A program made the position numbers and the translations under genes. This document shows, piece by piece, positions 43,546 to 55,706 of a DNA stretch of 64,000 bases. This DNA is from Pachysolen tannophilus NRRL Y-2460 (taxonomy: Eukaryota), in NCBI GenBank assembly GCA_001661245.1, contig KV454018.1, positions 631,569 to 695,568 on the forward strand, read 5' to 3'. Within the stretch, counting starts at the first letter, position 1. The number at the start of each line of letters is the position of its first letter. The notes beneath the pieces are model-generated. The model was given only the letters and a program-made list of their open reading frames with translations. It did not search any database and was not told the DNA's origin.

Positions 43546-45970
43546 ATGACGGTGGATGGCAACAACGATTTGTCCTTTATTGAGGCGCAAAAAGTGAGTA
43601 AAAGGTTTTTTGTTTGTTTGTTTGTTTGAGATTAATCGATTTGTTCAAATTACTAAGAAGGAAAATAATAATGATGATGTATAAATGTAGACGGTTTACG
43701 TGTTGGAATGCAAACAAAACACTTTGTATGAACCACGATCAGTCTTACAAGATGGAGTTCCAATAGTGGCAAAGAAGTACAGGCATTTGCCAATGCTTCA
43801 ATTATTGGAAGGAAAAGAGGATTTGGATAATTGTTCAGTGAGGCTTGATTTATTTAAACAACTTTGGATTAATAAACAATTAATCATTGATAATATATTA
43901 AAGGATAGGAATAAACAAATTTTTAAAGAATTAAATGATTTTTTAGTTAATAAGAAGCAAGAGAACGAGATGAATAAATTTGGGAAAAAAATTTCTAGTC
44001 TGTTGTTAACAATGGGGACAAATTTATCAAATCATTCTTTAATATATGATAATTTAATATCTTATCTTGAAAGAGAAAATCAAAATACAAATAATATTTT
44101 CAAAATTGTTCGAATATCACCAAGAGAATGTTCTAATATGAAAAATACATTAAGATCAATAATTTCACAAATTCTTGTTGAAAACGAGGTGAATGATAAT
44201 AACGAAATCCTGGAAGACGATGAACAAGAAGAAGAAGAAGAAGATGAAGATGATGATGACGATGATGAAGATGAAGATGAAGATATGGGTGAAGTTGAAG
44301 TAAACAATTTTTTAAATTATGATTTTGATGCCGTTATAGATTGGTACCATAACATCAGTACAAAGAATGTTCGAATTGTGATTTTGATTGAAGAATCAGA
44401 ACTTTTCCCATCGAGTATATTGAATTTGTTATTAAATTTATTCAAAAAGGCAGGTATGATAAATGTTTTCAAATTAATATTTTGTTTATCATCATCTATA
44501 GAACTATTTGAAGAAAATTTACCTTTGGAACTAATCAGCATGATTGAAGGCACAATATTTAATATTGATAACTCTAAAAAAATTATAAATAATATTGCTG
44601 ATGAAATTTTATTTCCAACAAATTTTGAAAATAATGAATTAAACTTATTATTTGGTGTGACTATTATAGATCAATTGCTAAACCATGAACAAGATGAAAT
44701 TGGATTTGTAAACGTGTTGAAATACAGTTATTCCATATATTTTTTCAACAATCCATTAAGTATTTTAAACATAATTGAAGCAGAAGATCAATTAGAGAAA
44801 GAACATATAGAATGTTTAAGAATGTTACCATCATTTATGAGATATCTGGAAAGTTTAGATAAACAAATGGCAATTGAATACGTTAAAGATGATTTGAAAT
44901 TAACTCAATTATTTAAAACAAATTTTGAAAATTATCAAAAATGGGTTTCAAAATTTTATCAAATATTAAATTTATTCATAGAATTACAAAATAAATTTAA
45001 TAATGATTTAGTGATTATAGATAAACTTGAAATTTATCATAATATCTTAAAATATGGTGATTTTTTCTATAATATGCAATTTTATAAAGAATTGAAAAAT
45101 TGTATTTTAAAAAATGCATCATTTGATAATATCCTGTCATTGCTTTTATTTTTGAAAAAAAATGATCATTTAAATCATATTTATCAAGATGTTGATGCTA
45201 AATTTTCATCAAGAATAAATAGTTTATTCAACAATAATAATGATATTGATAATAAAAGGCAAAATAACACCAATAACGTTTTATCAAAAGAATTGGAATC
45301 AATTTCAACAGAAATTCTTAAAATGTTAGAAATTGAAATTAGGAAAACTTTATCTTTATTTACAAAAGATAAAGAAGATGGTGATGAGCAAATTGTATTT
45401 ATTGAAGTTTTCATAATTGATATTGGGAAAAATCATACTCAAAATATTTTAACATCTGCATTTAAACCTCCAATTAGATCAGTTATTGATACCGCACTAA
45501 GTCACCCTAGGAAATACCTAAATATCACCAATGATAACAACAACAGCAACGACGACGACAACACTGATAAAGTTTATTCGAAATTATCATTTGCAGTGGA
45601 ACCTATTTTAAATGAACTTTTTAGGCTATACTGTGAAGCCAACACATTCATAAACATATACGATTTCTACGTAGCTTTCAAAGAATCATTACCGCGGTCA
45701 AAAATCATAAAGAGCCTACTAGAAATGTTAAAAAATGGGGAATTCACTCATGATATAATTTCAGAACCAAGTGAGCTAGAAGAAATGATCCAATTCCTCA
45801 GTGATTTGAATAAAGAACAAGATGATGAATCTACCAATTTGAAATGGGACAAGTTGTGTTTGGCATGGTTCTCACAGGGAATAATGGAACTAGAATACCT
45901 AGGACTAGTTAGAGACGCCTATAAGAAGAAAAGTGAAAGCTTGGAGAAGTTGATATGGAAAGGTTTATGA
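43546..45970 (+). CDS. ORC3: Origin recognition complex subunit 3 (spliced: 43546-43593, 43691-45970)
   Basis: Exon1 ...FIEAQK, intron GTGAGT...TACTAAG...TAG; YSYSIYFFNNPLS, LRMLPSF, LFRLYCEANTFINIYDFY, AWFSQGIMELEYLG. Confidence 0.88.
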
Positions 45971-46136
45971 AAAGGTATTTGGAAAGTCGTGTTCACTATT
46001 TGTATAGTAAAAAAGTGTGTATAAAATAAAAGTTGAATCTAAATTGTATATTATATTTAATTAGTAGAAGATTAATATCATCAACTAGGTGGAGACAGTG
46101 ACGGAGAGTGCTGTGTTAACTGTAAGATCGATAACA

Positions 46137-49100
46137 ATGACAATGGCAATGACAATGCCGGAGATAACGTTGGAAAATCTCTTGAAAATTTGTCTTCTGA
46201 AGAATACAAACGCGGTGGTGTTTCGGTCACTTTTCAAGCAGCTTGTTCATAAACAACAGCAACAGCAGCAACAGCAGCAACAACAACAACAACAACAGCT
46301 TAGCGTTGACGACTTGAAATCATCTTTATTTAACTTAGATACTGATAATTATTTACAACTTTCATATATTGTTGATTTGGCAACAAATGACTTAGATTCA
46401 AATTTTGGATTGAGTTCACTTTTGTCCAAAGTATTAGTTGAATTGGATAAAGATACTCAACTTTTCATTCTTGATGGTCTAATTCAGTCTGATTTAAATT
46501 TCAAGAGAAAAAGAATAGATCATAGCAAAGTTCAATTTGAAGAAATTTTGAATGCGTTAGGTAAATATGTAAACTACGTTATTGGTTTAAGAGAGAATGA
46601 AAAATTAATTGAAACAGTATGTTATTTGATAGTTGAAATCATTAAAAATCATGAGTCTGTTAAGGCATTTACAAACATTTCCAATTTTCAGAATTCGATG
46701 GCTTCATTGCTTCAATTGTTAAAACAAAGGAATCTATTGGTTTTATATGATTATATGGATTTAAATTTGAAAAATCTGCTGTTACTAACAGGAACTGCTA
46801 ACAATAATGGAACACTAATAGGTATCAATAAAAAGTTACATCAAAAGAACTCTATAAATTCTCATAATTTGACTGCCAAGATTATTAAAATTAAAAAATT
46901 CATTTGGCTAAATGATGTGGTGAACCATTACAGACCTTTAATGATGGATGATAGTGATTGCGAGTTGTTTATACAATCTTTTAAAAGATTAATGAGTATA
47001 TCCACTAGTGAAATTACAAATCAAACTGCCACATCGTTAGTCTTAACCGATTTATTGGTAACCACTTTTGAATGTTACTCAATTGCTATATTAAACAAAG
47101 ATTCTATGATCAATTTGCAAAATTGGAAATTTTTCATTATTCATAAATTAGTTTTCATTATACACAAGATCTTCCAAATAACTCAAGACCAGCTTGGTCA
47201 AATTTTAGAGAATTTATTCATAAATAATAATGAAAAGAAGAATGATGATAGCATGAAATTAATTAGCAATAACACTTTGAAAATTTTAAAATTGTATGCT
47301 AGTGAACCTCATACTTTTTATAGTAATTCAGTGAGAGATAACTTTAAAATGATATATGGTGATAGAGCTTTTGAAACTGGTTTTGGAATTGAAAGTAGCG
47401 GTAGCCGTAATGGCAACAACAATAGTAATAATAATAACGATGATATATTTAGCTCCTTCCCTTCAACAACCCAGGATATACGTCATTGGTTTTTGAAATC
47501 GTTGATTTCAATGAATTTGATTAAATTAGAAGTTTTCCATAAGATCTTGCAAAAAGATGCTATTATAGATAACAGTGACTTATTAGAACTTCAGATGGAA
47601 ACAAAGAAAGAATTGCTGGATTTTGAAAAGGATAATTTTCTTTCCAATGTTATCAATAAAAACTTGATCGAAATCAACCCTGAATTTGTCAGCATTGATG
47701 ATGATAACAAGTTAATTGAATTTTTATTCAAAATTAACGATAATTATAAATCAATTATTATCAAGCAAAATTTTGCTAAAATTATTTACGATACCCTATT
47801 GAAACTAGTGGATGATAAGGACTCTTCTAGATTACATAGGCTATTATTAAGTTTATCATCAAATTTAAATACATTGGATTTAATTGTTTTCCAGCTTTCT
47901 CCTTTGAGTTTGTTGAAACCATTGGTAAAGTATTTGGATAATTCATTTTTCCTAAACAATAGTAATGGAAACAGAGGGGAAAATAACAAAAATGAAAATG
48001 CAGAGAATAAAATTAAGACTGATAATGATGATGATATAGATATGGTTGATGAAGAAGAGGAAGATTTGGGTTTAAACTATCAGGATATTTATATTGATTC
48101 TAGTTCAATCTTATTGACAATAACATTAATTTTTAGGAGATACAAAGTCCCATTCTCGGAATTGGCAAATATCTCACCGAACTCATCCTCATTTGTCTTG
48201 AACTTTATTAAAAATGTCAACAATTTCCCATGTGTTTATCCCAAGAGTGATGAATTGGAATATCAGAAGTTAATGCAAGAATGGATACACTCTTTGTTTG
48301 ATGATAGTAACGAGAATAGTGGCTGTATATCAGACGAGTTAATTAAAAAGACTTCAATACAGGCTTGTTTTAGCATAATACCGAATGTATTTCAACAATC
48401 TTTAATAGCATATAGTAAAGGTATTTTAAAATATGATAATTTGATTAATGCCTTTGAATACTTCATTCAACCATTTTTAATGTTCAATCTATTGAGTATT
48501 TACAAGTGTTTAGAAAAAATATTGTGGTTGAAGTATGAAAATAGAAATGTCGACCAGCTAAACAACGACAAAAGTTTGCAATTAATTTTCAAGATTTCCA
48601 GGAATTTAATTATATTAAATAGTAGCATGAACGGTAACAACACTGTTTCTGGTGAATCAAAGTATTTGCATCAATTGATTTTGGAAATTTCAGGATGTTC
48701 TTTATATCGCAGTTTCGCAAAATACAAAGATTCGAAATATTACATTATCAATGAAGATTTCAAAGAATTGATTCATTTTTTGAAGAAATTTTCCAAAAAT
48801 GATAAAGATTACATTTCTATAGAGCATAATAATTATAGAGACAACGTGTTACCGTTAAATTTATATCAACAGCATTTCAATAACTTATATAATTGGTGCT
48901 TCAATCCAAATGTATTACCTGTTTATTTGATTTCAAGAGAGTACAAAAAACAGATTGGAAATGGCAGGATTTTACTATTTTTATTGAACCAGCTATGCTC
49001 ATCTGCACTCGGTAACATGAATGATAGTAACAACAGTAATAATAACAATACCAGCGGTAGCAATCCAGTAACATCATCGGGGATGATAGTACCAACAAGT

Positions 49101-49682
49101 GAAGGATCTACAACATGGATTTCGACACAATTTTCATCATTCCAGCAACTGCTTAATAACTTCAATAATAACGATCAGTTTTTGTTAACGCTAGAGATTG
49201 CAAGTTTATTGGTAGTAACATATTATTGCAGTAACAGTTCAAAGCAATTATGGTTTAGTGAATTGTCAAAATTACTATCTTTAGATTACCAAGGAGAAAG
49301 CAACAACGGAATTAAGATTAAGGAAGAACCGAAAGCTAAATTCTTATCAGAGGCAACTATTATCAGTATTGATCACTTAAGCATTATTGGTGAGACTGAT
49401 GATGATGGGTGTAGTATCTTTGGTGAATCGAGTAAAAATTTAAAAGACATTTTCAAAGATGGTACTTTCCAATCAACAGCTGATACCGATATGTTACAGT
49501 ACATCATTTATTTGAAATACAAGACAGATCAAAAATATAATCAAAAATTTGAAAATAATAATGGTAATAGTGATTCTTATATCAATGACGTTAACAATAC
49601 CAAAGATGCTGTGTTTTTGGAGAAAACCATTTTAGATAAGTTTATTGAAAAGTTGATAGAGCATTTATCAATTTTGAAATAA
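46137..49682 (+). CDS. NUT1: Mediator tail subunit Med5
   Basis: First ATG 46137; WKFFIIHKL, EINPEFVS, WIHSLFD...ISDELIK, AFEYFIQPFL. Confidence 0.8.
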   Translation: MTMAMTMPEITLENLLKICLLKNTNAVVFRSLFKQLVHKQQQQQQQQQQQQQQQLSVDDLKSSLFNLDTDNYLQLSYIVDLATNDLDSNFGLSSLLSKVLVELDKDTQLFILDGLIQSDLNFKRKRIDHSKVQFEEILNALGKYVNYVIGLRENEKLIETVCYLIVEIIKNHESVKAFTNISNFQNSMASLLQLLKQRNLLVLYDYMDLNLKNLLLLTGTANNNGTLIGINKKLHQKNSINSHNLTAKIIKIKKFIWLNDVVNHYRPLMMDDSDCELFIQSFKRLMSISTSEITNQTATSLVLTDLLVTTFECYSIAILNKDSMINLQNWKFFIIHKLVFIIHKIFQITQDQLGQILENLFINNNEKKNDDSMKLISNNTLKILKLYASEPHTFYSNSVRDNFKMIYGDRAFETGFGIESSGSRNGNNNSNNNNDDIFSSFPSTTQDIRHWFLKSLISMNLIKLEVFHKILQKDAIIDNSDLLELQMETKKELLDFEKDNFLSNVINKNLIEINPEFVSIDDDNKLIEFLFKINDNYKSIIIKQNFAKIIYDTLLKLVDDKDSSRLHRLLLSLSSNLNTLDLIVFQLSPLSLLKPLVKYLDNSFFLNNSNGNRGENNKNENAENKIKTDNDDDIDMVDEEEEDLGLNYQDIYIDSSSILLTITLIFRRYKVPFSELANISPNSSSFVLNFIKNVNNFPCVYPKSDELEYQKLMQEWIHSLFDDSNENSGCISDELIKKTSIQACFSIIPNVFQQSLIAYSKGILKYDNLINAFEYFIQPFLMFNLLSIYKCLEKILWLKYENRNVDQLNNDKSLQLIFKISRNLIILNSSMNGNNTVSGESKYLHQLILEISGCSLYRSFAKYKDSKYYIINEDFKELIHFLKKFSKNDKDYISIEHNNYRDNVLPLNLYQQHFNNLYNWCFNPNVLPVYLISREYKKQIGNGRILLFLLNQLCSSALGNMNDSNNSNNNNTSGSNPVTSSGMIVPTSEGSTTWISTQFSSFQQLLNNFNNNDQFLLTLEIASLLVVTYYCSNSSKQLWFSELSKLLSLDYQGESNNGIKIKEEPKAKFLSEATIISIDHLSIIGETDDDGCSIFGESSKNLKDIFKDGTFQSTADTDMLQYIIYLKYKTDQKYNQKFENNNGNSDSYINDVNNTKDAVFLEKTILDKFIEKLIEHLSILK

Positions 49683-49710
49683 AGCTGTATATTTTAATAA
49701 AAAAAATTTA

Positions 49711-50865
49711 TTATTTCCAATTCAACGAATTTATGAATTCTACTGTATCTAAACTAACCATCATTTCTGCATTGATTTTTTTAAGCGGGTACCTACTTTT
49801 TTCATCATTAATGATAGATAAAGTGATAATACCCATAAAACTATGGAAAGGATCAGGAATTTCATCTTCATCAGATGTCTTATTAAAGCCACCCATTATC
49901 TTATTCTGAGTTTTGTTTAATAAATATTTTTCCAATTCTGTGAAATCCACAAATTTCACAAACTCATCACTGAGAATCTTCAAAGAACCAAGGCACCAAA
50001 ATGCGTAACATGTGTCTCCATATTTATTCAATCTACCATTAAAACCTCCAATATCGTCTATATCATTAAATTCATATTCTAGCTCTTTTTTATTATATTC
50101 AGTGAAACTTATTTGTCGATGAATTAAAAAATCAATGGTTTTATCCCAAGATTTTCCTTCTATACGGTTTATCAATTTTAAAGTTGATATTCCACAATAA
50201 GTCAAACCTCCATGACTTTCTGTAAAGACTTCTGAGCCAAAGCCTCCATCATATGATTTTCTACTAATAATCGAAGCTTCTAATAACTTCAAATCGATAT
50301 CGTTATTATCCCCTTTATCATATTTTAAAAATTTCCGAATTGTAGCTGCAATCATTGAATATCTCAAATCGCTATCTCCAAAAGGTTTCCCATCTAAATT
50401 TAGAATTGGTTTAAACGAACCATCTTGTATTTGACATCTTTGAACATATTTCATTATCTTATCTCTATCTAATCTTTGAACAATGCTGGAATCTTTCAAG
50501 ATGAACAATATACTCAACGCTATAAAAGTAGCTGCCAAGTTTGGTGGATCATAATTATAACTTGATGAAGACTTATTTTCACCTAAATTATAAGTTTCAG
50601 AACCTCTAAATCCTTCCCCTCCAGGTAATACCAAATAGTTTTCATAAATTCTTTTTATCAAAAGTTCTCTTTCTGGTATTTTCACCGTATCCAATTTATT
50701 CAATATATCTAAACCATTTAATGCAAAATATATGATAACTAATTTATTTGAATCCAGACTTTGGAATTGAGAAGGTAAAATACCCAATAACCTATGAAAA
50801 TATCTCACATGTTTCTCTAACAACAACTCAGGCATCAGCGACATAGTCATTCTCTTTGCTTCCAT
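49711..50865 (-). CDS. CDC43: Geranylgeranyltransferase type I beta subunit
   Basis: KHVRYF, DSDLRY, SYDGGFG..ESHGGLTYC, GFNGRLNKYGDTCYAFW, PDPFHS. Confidence 0.88.
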   Translation of the reverse strand: MEAKRMTMSLMPELLLEKHVRYFHRLLGILPSQFQSLDSNKLVIIYFALNGLDILNKLDTVKIPERELLIKRIYENYLVLPGGEGFRGSETYNLGENKSSSSYNYDPPNLAATFIALSILFILKDSSIVQRLDRDKIMKYVQRCQIQDGSFKPILNLDGKPFGDSDLRYSMIAATIRKFLKYDKGDNNDIDLKLLEASIISRKSYDGGFGSEVFTESHGGLTYCGISTLKLINRIEGKSWDKTIDFLIHRQISFTEYNKKELEYEFNDIDDIGGFNGRLNKYGDTCYAFWCLGSLKILSDEFVKFVDFTELEKYLLNKTQNKIMGGFNKTSDEDEIPDPFHSFMGIITLSIINDEKSRYPLKKINAEMMVSLDTVEFINSLNWK

Positions 50866-51208
50866 CTGAAATTGATTGTATAATAATAATTGTTATTTTA
50901 AACAAAAAGGAATTGATAAAATGTGGAATTTTTCACTTTACATTTTATTTTTCAGGACATAAAGTTCAATAATTGATTAATGAAGAAATATGATATTACT
51001 AAAACACAATTAAATTAAAAATTACTAATTATTACTATATATATCTGTTTTATCAAGACCATTAATGTTCCTTCCTAACTGTTGTTTTTTTATCACCTGA
51101 AACTCTATAAAACCTTTGAAGTCCTCTTCTATATATATATATATAAGAGAAAGAAAAGAAAAAAAAAAAAAAATTACAAATAAAAAATACAAAATCAGTG
51201 ATTATTTT

Positions 51209-52147
51209 TTAAACATTCCAAACCTTTGACCAAGACGATCCCAAACTTTTATCATTATCACCTGTTGAAACCATTGATATAGCTGGGTTATTAATGTCTT
51301 CATTATTATTCCAATATTTTTGTTGTAATTGTGTTTGTGTTTGTGTTTGTGTTTGTAATTGCTGTGGTTGTTGTATTTGATTAAAAGATGAATTTGAGTA
51401 ATAATTGGTTAGATTTGAATCGTTATTTCCAGTACTTGCCAATAAAGTTGAACTGTTATTTTTATCAACATTTGCAAATAAGTCAAGAGGGATTTTGAAA
51501 CCCAGGTTGAAATTGTTCAAATTCAATTCATTTGTTAAAGAAACAGTTGATAACTGTGATTGTTGTTGTGGTTGTTGTAAAATGCCACTGTTATTTAACA
51601 ATGATGACGATGATGATGCATTGGTTGGAGTTGATGCTGGATAGTGTTGCTGTTGTTGTAATTGTTGAAATTGTTGTTGCTGTTGCTGTTGCTGCTGTTG
51701 TAATGGGGTTTGATGTTGTGTGTATTGAGATGGTAAATTTCCCAGTAATGATAAAGTAGAAGTATTAATTCTGCTGCTATTGTTGTTCTGTAAAATTGGT
51801 GAATTATTTGAAATAGTCCTATCGATTAACAATTCTGGGTGTAAAGAGTATGGAGGAATATGATCTTGTAAACTCAGCAGTGCAGAACCAGTAAAGATGT
51901 GTTTGTTGTTATTACCACGGTTCTGATATTGTTGTTGTTGTTGTTGTTGCTGTTGATGCTGACGTGCATAACCACTAAACGATGGCTGATAATTACCAGT
52001 ATCAAAATTTTGATCTTTATACAAAGCCTTATGATTGTTGTTATTACTATTATTATTAGCATTGATAAATGTGGAATTTAACCGTCTAACATCGTTATAC
52101 CTATGGTTATTATGATGTCTGTTATTGTTCAGCATAGCTTGACCATT

Positions 52148-52182
<35 letters not shown>

Positions 52183-52489
52183 GATGATGATGATGATTAT
52201 TGTGATTATTATGATTAGGCAGCAGTCTTGATTTTGCCAAACTTTGAAAGACTTTGTCAATCTCGTATAATTGGAAAACAAAAGGTTCTGGAGTTTGTTC
52301 TTCCTCAATCTCACTATTCCCATTTGACAATGAAGCAGTTTGATTTTCCTTAACGGTTAAAATTGGATTTGTATTTGTAGTTGTTGTCACCAATGGGGAT
52401 ACCGATGTCGACCTGTCCTCCAAATTCTTGAGATCGGTACTCAACGCTGGAAATTCGTTGACATAAGTTTCATAATTAACGACTGACAT
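51209..52489 (-). CDS. N/Q/H-rich low-complexity protein, function unknown
   Basis: 426-codon ORF with ATG; poly-N/Q/H tracts; no recognisable domain. Confidence 0.65.
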
Positions 52490-53170
52490 TATTCAAACAA
52501 CCAAAGAAAAAAAAAAAAAGAAACACACACAAAAAAGAACGATTTAATAGATGACCTTTCCTCCAAACTAGAATAATAAATAATTTAAATAAAAACTAAC
52601 CAAGACTTTCAATGAAAAGAGCAAAAAAAAAAAAAAAAATTTCGAAAAAAATTTATGAGATAAGTCGTTTGATTTATAGATACGAATGATTCAAAATGAG
52701 TGAATGAAAAAGAATACAATTATTCAGTATTAATATTGGGAAAAATATTCTCCTATATGTTATTAATGAATTCTTGAATTCTTCTTTTTAAGAAAAACAA
52801 CTATAAGCTATGAAAAAAATATAAATATATAACAAATCTAAGAAAAAAATCTTATTAAAAAATTATTGTATAATTTTCTTTCTTTGATTCCTATTTCTCA
52901 GTATTATTTACTTACTATTATTATTATTATTATTATTTATGTCTGGTATTAAACATGATGCGCTGTCTACCTGCAAAGTTTTCGTTGAAAAATTTTTGGC
53001 GAAAAATTTTAAATTTTTTTTTTGAAAAAAACAAAACAAACAGCGGTCCCCTCGGTTTGGGCTACCGGAATCCATTCGAAACTCAAGACTCGAGACTTGA
53101 GAGTCGGAACTTTTTGTAATGTCTAAGAGGGTCACTAAATGAACCAAAAAAAAAACAATAGTGATTAAAT

Positions 53171-54208
53171 TTATGAATCATTCTGTTGAGCAGCCAATTG
53201 CCATGCTGGGATACCTTGCTTGTTATTATTTTGGTTGTTTCTCGGTTCTATTGAAGATAAGCTTTCTGTACCGCTTATGTTCCCGCTTGTGTTCCCGTTT
53301 GTAGTTGGTGACGGAGATTTTAAGATGTCACTTGCCTTTGGAACAGAACTTATTGGAGGTATCTTATATTTAGATAAACTTTCTTCTGGTTTTAACTTGA
53401 CATTTGCCCTTTGCAAGACTTCATCTGTAACTTTGATTCCACCAGTGCTAGTACCAGTGTTATTAGTACCGTTATTGGTTGCTGCACTTATAATTTTTTT
53501 CAACTCATTTACTTCAATTTCAATATCGGAAAGTTCTTTTACAATTGTAGATTTTTGAGAATCCAAATTATTCATCATTGCAGATTTAATATTTTCCACT
53601 TCTAATTTCAAATATTTTAATGAATCTTCATTTGATAAATTTTTTTCATTCATCAGTTTAACAATTTTTTCAATACTTAATAAAGTATCATCTACTTTTG
53701 TATATACTTCATCTTGACGAGATATAAATTCAGTTTGTTGTTTTTCTAAAAAATCCAATAATTTTTCAATTCTTTGGAATTCTAAATCAATAGCTTCTTT
53801 ATCTTTCTCTAATTGTGTCTTTGAAGGTGGTAAAATATTAGGAATAACATATTTTTTAACTACTTGATATAATCCATAACTAACACCAACCGTTGTAGTT
53901 GCCATAATAAAATAATCCTTCCAATTCCTCTCAGGTAACGGAGGTGGATTTGAATAATAATAATAATCGTTAAGCATCTGTGGATTATTCAAAGATCCAG
54001 TATCATTTGTTGCCACTGGCGTTCTATTTAGCCGCTGTCCCTTATCATTTTTCGTTTCTTGTGATCTACGTATAGCCTCTTGTATTTCTTCTTGATTCAA
54101 GCCTTTACTTTCAATAAATTCAATTCTCTTGTTCAATGGTGAATCAATCACAGATGGATCATTCAAAAACTGGACCGCTGACTCTATAAGGTCTTCTCTT
54201 AATGCCAT
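53171..54208 (-). CDS. PEX14: Peroxisomal docking protein
   Basis: REDLIESAVQFLNDP..KRIEFIESKGL, PPPLPERNWKDYFIMAT, C-terminal IPAWQLA. Confidence 0.95.
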   Translation of the reverse strand: MALREDLIESAVQFLNDPSVIDSPLNKRIEFIESKGLNQEEIQEAIRRSQETKNDKGQRLNRTPVATNDTGSLNNPQMLNDYYYYSNPPPLPERNWKDYFIMATTTVGVSYGLYQVVKKYVIPNILPPSKTQLEKDKEAIDLEFQRIEKLLDFLEKQQTEFISRQDEVYTKVDDTLLSIEKIVKLMNEKNLSNEDSLKYLKLEVENIKSAMMNNLDSQKSTIVKELSDIEIEVNELKKIISAATNNGTNNTGTSTGGIKVTDEVLQRANVKLKPEESLSKYKIPPISSVPKASDILKSPSPTTNGNTSGNISGTESLSSIEPRNNQNNNKQGIPAWQLAAQQNDS

Positions 54209-54390
54209 TTTAATTTGTTATTTTCAACTAACTATTTTTTTAATTAAATAATTATTTAATAATAAAATAAAGGAAGAAAAAAATAAAAAAATAGAAGAAA
54301 AAAAAAAAAAAAAAAACAAGAGTAAAAACAAGAGCAAAAACCATAAACATTATGAATGATATTTATATTAAATTTCAAAGGTAAATAATT

Positions 54391-55272
54391 ATGGCAACGA
54401 ACCGAGAATGGTTTGATAAACTATTTGATATTTTCCATGAATCCATATTTCTGAAGAAAGAGCCGATATTATTTTATATAGAATCGGTTAATGATGATAT
54501 AAACAATGATGATTATAATTTTGAAGTTTGTATGAGACAATTCTCATTAATTGATCAGGCCAAGATCTTGAACAAAAAACTTCGAAAAGATCAAGTCATC
54601 AAATTATTGAACCAATTGATATTAAAACTTGTTTATCGTATTTATAAGAGAGATGAAAATGCTATTATAGAGACTGTATATAATCAATACGGTAAACCTT
54701 CTATTGCAGGTGATATTAAATTTAACCAATCTGATGAAGATGGAATAACAGCTTTGGTGATTGATTTTGATCACAATTTTGAACTGATAGGCTTAGATCT
54801 TTCAAATACACAGAACATAAACAATCCTGAGAGTTTTATAACTGATTTTAAAAGTATTTTTCACCCTGATGAAATCGACCAAATTGAAAAAAATACTACT
54901 AAAATGTTATTGGCAGAATATTGGGCTCTAAAGGAAAGCTATAGCAAATTGATTGGAATGGGAATCAGCGCTCCTTTGGAAAAATTTAACTTTACAAACG
55001 TCAAGGTGTTAGACCAAAATTTTAAAAACCCACAAGACAATTATGAATACCAAGATTATGGAATCACCTTTAAAAAAATTGATTGGTATAAAAATACAGT
55101 ATTCAAAATCGATGGAGAACATAAAAATCACAAAATATACTTGGGAAAACTACAAGATAACGTAGTCTGCTCTATAATAGCAGATGGCACCAAATCAGAT
55201 ATTCTGGAGCCAATAGTGGTTGGTTTAAAAGTCGGTCTCATCGTAGAGATTGCAAAGAGAATGGCCTCGTAA
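54391..55272 (+). CDS. LYS5: Sfp-type 4'-phosphopantetheinyl transferase
   Basis: YGKP, FNQS, IGLDL, YWALKESYSKLIGMG. Confidence 0.8.
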   Translation: MATNREWFDKLFDIFHESIFLKKEPILFYIESVNDDINNDDYNFEVCMRQFSLIDQAKILNKKLRKDQVIKLLNQLILKLVYRIYKRDENAIIETVYNQYGKPSIAGDIKFNQSDEDGITALVIDFDHNFELIGLDLSNTQNINNPESFITDFKSIFHPDEIDQIEKNTTKMLLAEYWALKESYSKLIGMGISAPLEKFNFTNVKVLDQNFKNPQDNYEYQDYGITFKKIDWYKNTVFKIDGEHKNHKIYLGKLQDNVVCSIIADGTKSDILEPIVVGLKVGLIVEIAKRMAS

Positions 55273-55300
55273 TAGAGAAAGCGGAGAAGTTTTTGCTTTT

Positions 55301-55333
<33 letters not shown>

Positions 55334-55706
55334 CTTATCTTTAGATTTTCTCCTTTTTGGAGATTTTTGGAGAAGTTAGTTTCCGATTTTGGAATTATCT
55401 TCTCCGTAACGGAGAATATGCTTTTTTTTTTCACTTTTTCTTTGCTATCTCTCGTTCAACAAGAAACAGACAGATGGAGATTATGGTTTCATATTGCATT
55501 AATAAGTTTTACCAAAAGGTTATTGCTGTTTTATAAAACAGTTCTCATTCAAATTTTTGAGATATTATATGGTAGAGGGATTATAGTTTCCCCTTTTTCT
55601 TTCTCTTTTTCTTTTTTATTGTTTTTTTTGGTTTTCTTCTTTTTTTTCCCGTTTTGTTTTTTTCACAAAAGAATAGACCCCCGATGTTTCCCAATCTCAA
55701 GAAATA

